Assembly: GCF_028368995.1 (NCBI RefSeq)
Contig: NZ_JAQNDL010000003.1
Coordinates: 2,048,001-2,112,000 of the forward strand
DNA from: Nannocystis bainbridge
GTDB lineage: Bacteria > Myxococcota_A > Polyangia > Nannocystales > Nannocystaceae
Direction of reading: 5' to 3'
DNA length: 64,000 bases
Positions 57,619 to 64,000 of this stretch are shown in pieces. Under the pieces are notes generated by a model, which was given only the letters and a program-made list of their open reading frames with translations, had not been told where the DNA came from and did no database searches. A program made the position numbers and the translations under genes. How positions within the stretch are numbered: position 1 is the stretch's first letter; each line of letters starts with the position of its first letter.

Positions 57619-58935
57619 TTAGCCCCGACGTCCGCGGATCCGCGGCCCGCCCGGACCCGCAAAACCCTCGTACGAACGGGTCACCAGATGGCTCTCGATC
57701 TGCTGCGCAGTGTCGAGGGCGACGCCGACGACGATCAGCAGAGAAGTGCCGCCATAGTAGAACGGGACGTTGAATTTGGTCTGCAGCAGGGTCGGCAGGA
57801 CGCACACCGCAGCGATGTACCAGGCGCCGGCGAAGGTCAGCCGCGTGAGGATGAAGTCGATGTACTCGGCCGTCCGCTTGCCAGGACGGATCCCGGGGAT
57901 CGACGCGTTCTGCTTCTTCAAGTTGTCGGCCACGTCGACCGGGTTGAACTGCAGCGACGTGTAGAAGAACGTGAAGAAGATCACGAGCCCGACGAACGCG
58001 GTGAGGTACAGCCAGCCATCGTAACGCAGGGCGTTCGAGAACCACTGCATCGACGAGCTGCCCGTCATGCCGGCGATCTGGCTCGGGAACATGAGGATCG
58101 AGCTGGCGAAGATCGGCGGGATCACTCCGGCGCTGTTGAGGCGCAGCGGCAGGTAGTTGGCGTTGCCGCCGAACATCTGCCGCCCGACCACCCGCTTGGC
58201 GTACTGGACCTGGATCCGCCGCTGGCCGCGCTCCATGATCACGACAAAGGCGATCACCGCGACGACGAGCGCGCCGAGGATGGCGATGAACATCGGCCCG
58301 AAGTTCTCGGGATCGTCCTGGGTCTTCTGCCACAGCTGGTACAGCGCGACCGGAAGGTCGGCGACGATGCCGGCGAAGATGATGAGCGAGATCCCGTTGC
58401 CGATCCCCTTCTCGGTGATCTGCTCGCCCAGCCACATGATGAAGCATGTCCCTGCGGTCAGGGTCAGGATCGTCATCAAGCGGAACGGGAGGCCAGGGTC
58501 GAGCACCAGCGTCTGCCCGGGGGCGTTCTGGGACTCGAGCCAGGTGGCCATGAACCAGCCCTGGACCACCGACAGGAACACGGTGCCGTAGCGGCTGTAC
58601 TGGTTGATCTTCCGCCGGCCCGTCTCGCCTTCTTTGCTCAGCATCTCCAGCCGCGGGATGACGGCGGTCATCAGCTGCATGATGATGCTGGCGCTGATGT
58701 ACGGCATGATGCCGAGCGCGAACACGGACAGGTTGCTCAGGGCGCCGCCGCTGAACATGTTGAGGTAGCCGAGGAAGCCGCCCGCGCCCTGGCGGACGAT
58801 GTCGTCCATCACGGTACGGTCGACGCCGGGCACGGCCACGAACACGCCGAAGCGGTAGACAGCCAGCATCGCCAGCGTGAAAAGCACACGCTTGCGCAGC
58901 TCAGGCAGCTTGAAGATGTTGATGATGACACCCAT
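57619..58935 (-). CDS. secY: Preprotein translocase SecY
   Basis: [47 protein letters not shown]. Confidence 0.98.
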   Translation of the reverse strand: MGVIINIFKLPELRKRVLFTLAMLAVYRFGVFVAVPGVDRTVMDDIVRQGAGGFLGYLNMFSGGALSNLSVFALGIMPYISASIIMQLMTAVIPRLEMLSKEGETGRRKINQYSRYGTVFLSVVQGWFMATWLESQNAPGQTLVLDPGLPFRLMTILTLTAGTCFIMWLGEQITEKGIGNGISLIIFAGIVADLPVALYQLWQKTQDDPENFGPMFIAILGALVVAVIAFVVIMERGQRRIQVQYAKRVVGRQMFGGNANYLPLRLNSAGVIPPIFASSILMFPSQIAGMTGSSSMQWFSNALRYDGWLYLTAFVGLVIFFTFFYTSLQFNPVDVADNLKKQNASIPGIRPGKRTAEYIDFILTRLTFAGAWYIAAVCVLPTLLQTKFNVPFYYGGTSLLIVVGVALDTAQQIESHLVTRSYEGFAGPGGPRIRGRRG

Positions 58936-59174
58936 CGGCGATCCCAGCTTGCCCCTTCTCGTGCCCGATCTGACGGCCAGACGGGCGGGCCCTGCGGCCC
59001 CGGGGCTACGGCGACAACTTGTACCCCATGCCGCCCGGCGCCGCAGCCGGCTCGGCAACGAACTTCGGCCGGGCCCCGTGCGGGAGCCCGGCCGACACAT
59101 GAAAGGCCGCGCACCCGGTGACCGGCATCACTGTGCGCGGCCTGCCGGCCCGGACGGCCAGACGAACGACCTGT

Positions 59175-59639
59175 TCAGGCCTCGACGGGCGCCGCGGGCT
59201 CCTGGATGGAGCCGCCGGCCGCCTCGACCTTCTGACGCGCCGACTCGCTGACCTTGTCGACGTTGACCTTCAGCGCGGTCTTGAGCTCGCCCGTGCCGAG
59301 CAGCTTGACCTGCTTGACCCGCTTCGGGATCAGGCGCTTGGCCCGCAGCGTCTCGAGCGAGACCTCTTCGCCGGCGGCGAACTTGCCCTCGAGCAGGCCG
59401 ACGTTGATGCCGTGGTACTCGTCGCGGTTGAGGCTGACGAAGCCACGCTTCGGGACCCGACGCTGGAGGGGGTTCTGACCGCCCTCGAAGTGGTCGGGCA
59501 TCTGGTTGTGACGCGCGAGCTGACCCTTGACGCCGCGGGTCGAGGTCTTGCCGCGGCGCGAGCCGATACCGCGACCGACGCGCTTGCGACGCTTGCGGGC
59601 GCCCGGCGGCGGCGACAGAGTTTCAAGTGTAGTACCCAT
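59175..59639 (-). CDS. rplO: 50S ribosomal protein L15
   Basis: RVGRGIGS, FEGGQ.PL.RR.PKRGF. Confidence 0.97.
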   Translation of the reverse strand: MGTTLETLSPPPGARKRRKRVGRGIGSRRGKTSTRGVKGQLARHNQMPDHFEGGQNPLQRRVPKRGFVSLNRDEYHGINVGLLEGKFAAGEEVSLETLRAKRLIPKRVKQVKLLGTGELKTALKVNVDKVSESARQKVEAAGGSIQEPAAPVEA

Positions 59640-59667
59640 CTGGGATGTCCCCTTCGGCCGTATCGGC

Positions 59668-59856
59668 TTACTCGTCGGCCGGCTCGACGGCGACGAGGTG
59701 TTGGATCTTCCGGATCATGCCGCGGATCGACGGCGTGTCGTCGAGCACGCGCGAGTGTTGCAGGCGGCGCAGGCCGAGCCCGCGGACAGTGTCCTTCTGC
59801 GACTGCTCACGGTGGATCGGGCTGCGGACGAGGGTCACTTTGAGCTTGAGGGCCAT
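59668..59856 (-). CDS. rpmD: 50S ribosomal protein L30
   Basis: LKVTLVRSPI...GLGLRR...IRGMI. Confidence 0.95.
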   Translation of the reverse strand: MALKLKVTLVRSPIHREQSQKDTVRGLGLRRLQHSRVLDDTPSIRGMIRKIQHLVAVEPADE

Positions 59857-59867
59857 GGCTGTGCCTC

Positions 59868-60365
59868 CTACTGCGTAAGCTCGGCAACCGCGAGGCCGCG
59901 GCGACGCGACACCGATTCGGGCGCGCGCAGCCGCTGGAGCGCGTCCAGCGTCGCGTGGATGACGTTCTGCGGGTTGTTGGTGCCGATGCACTTGCTCAGG
60001 ATGTCGTGGATGCCCGCGCACTCGACGACCGCACGAACCGCGCCGCCGGCGATGACGCCGGTACCCGGCGAGGCCGGCCGCAACAGCACCGTGCCGGCGC
60101 CGTGGTGACCGATGACCTCGTGGGGGATCGTCGCGCCCGCGAGCGGAACCTGGAAGAGGTTCTTGCGCGCGAGGTCGTTGGCCTTGCGGATCGCCTCCGG
60201 GACCTCCTTGGCCTTGCCGTAGCCGATCCCCACCCAGCCGCGCTCGTTGCCGATGACGACCAGCGCGCTGAAGCTGAAGCGCCGACCGCCCTTGACGACC
60301 TTCGCCACGCGGTTGATGTAGACGACGCGGTCGACCAGTTCTCCGAGAGATTCGATGTCGATCAT
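59868..60365 (-). CDS. rpsE: 30S ribosomal protein S5
   Basis: [22 protein letters not shown]. Confidence 0.98.
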   Translation of the reverse strand: MIDIESLGELVDRVVYINRVAKVVKGGRRFSFSALVVIGNERGWVGIGYGKAKEVPEAIRKANDLARKNLFQVPLAGATIPHEVIGHHGAGTVLLRPASPGTGVIAGGAVRAVVECAGIHDILSKCIGTNNPQNVIHATLDALQRLRAPESVSRRRGLAVAELTQ

Positions 60366-60374
60366 GACTGGTTC

Positions 60375-60734
60375 CTAGAAGTCGAGCCCACCGGCCCGCG
60401 CGCCGTCAGCCAGGGCTTTGACCCGGCCATGGTAGATGTAGCCGTTGCGGTCGAACACGACCTTGGTGATACCTTTGGCCAGGCAGGCCTTGGCGATGGC
60501 GCTGCCGACGAGCTCGGCCAGCTCGCGCTTGGTCTTCTCGCTCTCGCTCGCCAGCTCCTTGATGAGTGAGGAGGAGGCCACGAGGGTCGCCGACGTGCTG
60601 TCGTCGATGACCTGGGCGTAGATGTGCTTGGCGCTGCGGAACACCGAGAGGCGCGGACGCTCCGTGGTGCCGTGGACCCGCTTGCGAATGCTGCTCTTGC
60701 GACGCAGCCGGATCTGTTCTTTGGGCGAGGGCAT
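60375..60734 (-). CDS. rplR: 50S ribosomal protein L18
   Basis: [21 protein letters not shown]. Confidence 0.97.
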   Translation of the reverse strand: MPSPKEQIRLRRKSSIRKRVHGTTERPRLSVFRSAKHIYAQVIDDSTSATLVASSSLIKELASESEKTKRELAELVGSAIAKACLAKGITKVVFDRNGYIYHGRVKALADGARAGGLDF

Positions 60735-60755
60735 GGTCGAACTCCAAGCACGCGG

Positions 60756-61301
60756 CTACTTGCCTTTACCGCGAGCCTTGCCTTCCTTCAGGGTGATTTT
60801 CTCGTTCAGGTAACGCACGCCCTTGCCCTTGTAGGGCTCCGGCGGCCGGAAGCTGCGCAGGTCGGAGGCGACCTGGCCGAGCAGGGCCTTGCTCGCCGAC
60901 TTGACGTGCAGCTTGCCGTCCTTGTCGACCTCGGCCTTGACCCCCGCGGGCAGCTTGTAGCTGACCGGGTGCGAGAAGCCGAGGGTAAGGTCGACGACGT
61001 CGCCCTTGACCGCGGCGCGATAACCGACGCCGACGATGTCGAGCGTGCGCGTGAAGCCGACCGAGACGCCGGTCAGCATGTTGGCCGTCATCGCCCGCGC
61101 GGTGCCGTGCAGCGCGCGCTCGTCCCCGGACTCGCCGGTGCGGGTGAAGGTGATGTCGTCACCCTCGACCTTGAACTGGATCGCGGCCGGGACCTCGAAG
61201 TTGAGGTCGCCCTGGGGGCCCTTGACCGAGAGCGTCTGCCCCTTGGCGGTCACGGTCACCCCTTTGGGGATCTTCACTGGGGATTTGCCGATACGACTCA
61301 T
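60756..61301 (-). CDS. rplF: 50S ribosomal protein L6
   Basis: MSRIGK, RPPEPYKGKGVRY. Confidence 0.98.
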   Translation of the reverse strand: MSRIGKSPVKIPKGVTVTAKGQTLSVKGPQGDLNFEVPAAIQFKVEGDDITFTRTGESGDERALHGTARAMTANMLTGVSVGFTRTLDIVGVGYRAAVKGDVVDLTLGFSHPVSYKLPAGVKAEVDKDGKLHVKSASKALLGQVASDLRSFRPPEPYKGKGVRYLNEKITLKEGKARGKGK

Positions 61302-61331
61302 GGTCTTGTTCCTTCGCGGCGATGGGGCGAA

Positions 61332-61727
61332 TCACCACACGCTGCAGATGAGCTCGCCGCCGATGCCCTGACGCCGGGCGGCGCGGTCGGTCATCAGGCC
61401 GCGCGAGGTCGAGACGATCAGAATCCCGAGCCCGTTGTGGACCTTGGGGATGTCCTTGCCGCGCGAGTAGGCGCGCTGACCGGGGCGGCTGATGCGGCGC
61501 ATGCCCTCGATGGCGGCCTCTTCGCCTTGGTACTTGAGCTTGACCGACAGCAGGCCCTGCTTGTCGTCGTCCTCCCACGAGAAGTCGAGGATGTACCCCT
61601 CCTCCTTGAGGATCTGGCAGATGCGAAGCTTCTGCTTCGAGCCGGGCATCGTGGCGCTCGGGTGCTGGGCGTGCTGGGCGTTGCGGATGCGCGCCAGCAT
61701 GTCGGCGATGGGATCAGTCATGGACAT
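61332..61727 (-). CDS. rpsH: 30S ribosomal protein S8
   Basis: TDPIADMLARIRN, GLGI.IVSTS.G, GGE. Confidence 0.98.
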   Translation of the reverse strand: MSMTDPIADMLARIRNAQHAQHPSATMPGSKQKLRICQILKEEGYILDFSWEDDDKQGLLSVKLKYQGEEAAIEGMRRISRPGQRAYSRGKDIPKVHNGLGILIVSTSRGLMTDRAARRQGIGGELICSVW

Positions 61728-61742
61728 GGTTGCGACTCCTCC

Positions 61743-62402
61743 TTAGGCGCGCCGGAACGGCATCCCCAGCTTTTCGAGCAGTGCCCGGCCCTCGTCGTCG
61801 GTACCCGCCGAGGTGTGAATGCAGATGTTCATGCCCGGCACCTTGTCGAGCTTGTCGATATCCACTTCGGGGAAGATCAGGACTTCCTTCACGCCGAGCG
61901 TGAAGTTGCCGCGGCCGTCGAACGCCTTGCGGCTGACGCCCCGGAAGTCACGCGTACGCGGGAGCGCGATCGTCAACAGACGGTCGAGGAACTCCCACAT
62001 GACGCTGCCGCGCAGGGTCACCATGCACCCGATCTTCATCCCCTCGCGGAGCTTGAAGGTGGCGATCGACTTCTTGGCGCGGGTCACCACCGGTCGCTGA
62101 CCGGTAATGTTGCCGAGCACCTCGAACGCCTGCTCGAGCAGCTTCGGCTGGCGAATCGCCTCGCCGAGCCCGATGTTGAGCACGATCTTCTCGACTCGTG
62201 GCACATTGAGGACGTTCTTGTAGCCGAACTCGCTGACGAGAGCTGGCTTCGCGACCTCGCTGTACTTCTGAACGAGCCGGGGGACATACCCCTCCTCGCG
62301 CTTGAGCGGCTCCTCCTGGACCCGCTGAAACTTGAACCCGAAGCCGGCGGCTTCCTTCTTCTTGGCGGGGGGTGCCCCGCCGGCGCGTGCTGCCTTGGCC
62401 AT
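61743..62402 (-). CDS. rplE: 50S ribosomal protein L5 with N-terminal extension
   Basis: ITGQRP, FKLREG, RDFRG, FDGRGN, GMPF. Confidence 0.97.
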   Translation of the reverse strand: MAKAARAGGAPPAKKKEAAGFGFKFQRVQEEPLKREEGYVPRLVQKYSEVAKPALVSEFGYKNVLNVPRVEKIVLNIGLGEAIRQPKLLEQAFEVLGNITGQRPVVTRAKKSIATFKLREGMKIGCMVTLRGSVMWEFLDRLLTIALPRTRDFRGVSRKAFDGRGNFTLGVKEVLIFPEVDIDKLDKVPGMNICIHTSAGTDDEGRALLEKLGMPFRRA

Positions 62403-62417
62403 GACGTCGAATTCCGG

Positions 62418-62735
62418 TTACTTGTCGATCTGCTCGCCCGACTTGACCGCGACGCGGACCTTGCGGCCATCGTCGAGGACCTGGAAGCGCACCCGAGTCG
62501 GGTCGCCCGACTGCGGATCCGCGAGCATCACGTTGGAGAGGTGGACGGGGGCCTCGCGCTTCACGATGCCGCCCTGGGGGTTCTCTTTGCCGGGCTTGAC
62601 GTGCTTGGTGACGATGTTGACACCCTGCACGACCACTCGGTCGGTCTCGGGCACGACCCGCAGCACCTTGCCGCGGCGACCCTTGTGTTTTCCAGCGATG
62701 ACGACGACCTCGTCGCCCGAACGAATCCGCTGCAT
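62418..62735 (-). CDS. rplX: 50S ribosomal protein L24
   Basis: [22 protein letters not shown]. Confidence 0.97.
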   Translation of the reverse strand: MQRIRSGDEVVVIAGKHKGRRGKVLRVVPETDRVVVQGVNIVTKHVKPGKENPQGGIVKREAPVHLSNVMLADPQSGDPTRVRFQVLDDGRKVRVAVKSGEQIDK

Positions 62736-63103
62736 CACAGCACCTCCGGCGCCAGCGAGATGATCTTGAGGTAGTTCTTCTGCCGCAGCTCGCGCGCCAC
62801 GGGCCCGAAGATGCGGGTGCCGATCGGCTGCTTCTGGGCGTCGATGAGCACGGCGCTGTTGGTGTCGAAGCGGATCACGCTGCCGTCGACGCGACGCACG
62901 CCCTTGCGCGTGCGGACGATGACGGCCTTCATGACCGAGCCCTTCTTGACCTTGCTGTTCGGCAGCGCGTCGCGGACCGAGACGACGATCACGTCGCCGA
63001 TGGTCGCGTAGCGGCGCTTCGAACCGCCCAGCACCTTGATGCAGAACAGCTTGCGCGCGCCCGAGTTGTCGGCCACGTCGAGGACGGACTGGACCTGAAT
63101 CAT
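62735..63103 (-). CDS. rplN: 50S ribosomal protein L14
   Basis: [27 protein letters not shown]. Confidence 0.98.
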   Translation of the reverse strand: MIQVQSVLDVADNSGARKLFCIKVLGGSKRRYATIGDVIVVSVRDALPNSKVKKGSVMKAVIVRTRKGVRRVDGSVIRFDTNSAVLIDAQKQPIGTRIFGPVARELRQKNYLKIISLAPEVL

Positions 63104-63387
63104 ACGAGCGTCGCTTTCTCCACGATCGCCTGGAGCGACCAGCGCTTCTCGCGGGACAGGGGCCGGCAGCTGACGATGCGAACGACATCGCCGACCTTGG
63201 CCTGGTTGGTCTCGTCATGCGCCTTGTAGCGCATCCGCTCGCTGACGTACTTGCGGTAGCGGGGGTGCTTGAAGCGCCGCTGCACCTGGACGACGATGGT
63301 CTTGTCCATCTTGTCCGACACGACGGTGCCGGTAAGGACTCGGCGCTGACGCGTCTCGGTCTCGGAGGTGGTGTCTTGCTCAGTCAT
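63100..63387 (-). CDS. rpsQ: 30S ribosomal protein S17
   Basis: [19 protein letters not shown]. Confidence 0.97.
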   Translation of the reverse strand: MTEQDTTSETETRQRRVLTGTVVSDKMDKTIVVQVQRRFKHPRYRKYVSERMRYKAHDETNQAKVGDVVRIVSCRPLSREKRWSLQAIVEKATLV

Positions 63388-63390
63388 GGC

Positions 63391-63597
63391 TCATGCCTCT
63401 CCCGCGATGCCGTGAGCGCGCTCGTGGAGGACGGTCTTGATGCGGGCGATGTCGCGGCGCAGAGCGCCGAACTGGGCGAAGTTGGTGGCCCGCTGGGTCG
63501 CCTTGGCGACGCTCAGGCGGACAAGCTTGTCGCGGAGCTGGCCCTCGAGCTCGGTGAGCTCTTCGGTGGTCTTCTCGCGGAGTTCGAGCGCTTTCAC
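63391..63597 (-). CDS. rpmC: 50S ribosomal protein L29
   Basis: KALELRE...RRDIARIKT. Confidence 0.95.
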   Translation of the reverse strand: MKALELREKTTEELTELEGQLRDKLVRLSVAKATQRATNFAQFGALRRDIARIKTVLHERAHGIAGEA

Positions 63598-64000
63598 AGG
63601 GCGGTGTCCCTTCGGATGAAGCGGGTCTTGATCGGGAGCTTGTGATGGGCGCGGAGGAACGCCTCGCGGGCGAGCTCCTCGGTGACACCCTCGATCTCGT
63701 AGAGGACGCGGCCGGGACGGACGACGGCGACCCAGTAGTCCGGGGCACCCTTGCCCTTACCCATTCGGGTCTCGGCCGGCTTGCGCGAGACCGGCTTGTC
63801 CGGGAACACCCGGATGTAGAGCTTGCCGCCGCGCTTGACGTGGCGGTTGATCGCGATACGGGCAGCCTCGATCTGGCGCGCAGTCAGCCACCCGCACTCG
63901 ACGGTCTGCAGGCCGAAGTCGCCGAAGGAGACCTCCGACCCGCCCTTGGCCTGGCCGGCCATGTGGCCCTTTTGGACCTTGCGGTACTTGACTCTGGATG
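63594..64000 (-). CDS. rplP: 50S ribosomal protein L16 (start outside window)
   Basis: [24 protein letters not shown]. Confidence 0.97.
   Translation of the reverse strand, partial: SRVKYRKVQKGHMAGQAKGGSEVSFGDFGLQTVECGWLTARQIEAARIAINRHVKRGGKLYIRVFPDKPVSRKPAETRMGKGKGAPDYWVAVVRPGRVLYEIEGVTEELAREAFLRAHHKLPIKTRFIRRDTAL

Noticed and set aside
58936-59174. Structured ncRNA between rplO and secY
   Set aside because: Only generic GC-rich hairpins are present, with no recognisable family features.

Overview
High-GC chromosomal window from a myxobacterium (Myxococcota; Nannocystis-like by inference from gene content, not proven). Most of it is core genome: a sensor kinase and sigma54 response regulator, rsmI, an RpoH-type sigma factor, an S41 protease, tig-clpP-clpX, a pilMNO-aroK-aroB-mglC-like-aroQ-accB-accC-sgmX-like run, glpK, ppx, fmt, priA, lon, a Ser/Thr kinase, and the end of the S10 operon with the spc and alpha ribosomal operons. 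I saw no rRNA, tRNA, CRISPR array or transposase. Two things are not explained by the annotation. (1) A dispersed gapped palindrome, TGTC-N6-GACA, has 24 exact copies found by eye plus many near-matches. It often forms head-to-tail arrays with an exact 14-bp period. It occurs in intergenic DNA and inside coding sequence, where it appears to dictate codons. (2) A highly divergent stand-alone flagellar-type export gate (fliO-fliP-fliQ-fliR plus a detached, truncated flhB) has lost its conserved gasket motifs. Also notable: pilMNO without pilPQ, a degenerate IF-1 at the infA position, no rpsN/adk/map in the spc operon, and many apparently leaderless genes. All calls come from reading the sequence and translations; no searches were run, and many start codons are my estimates.
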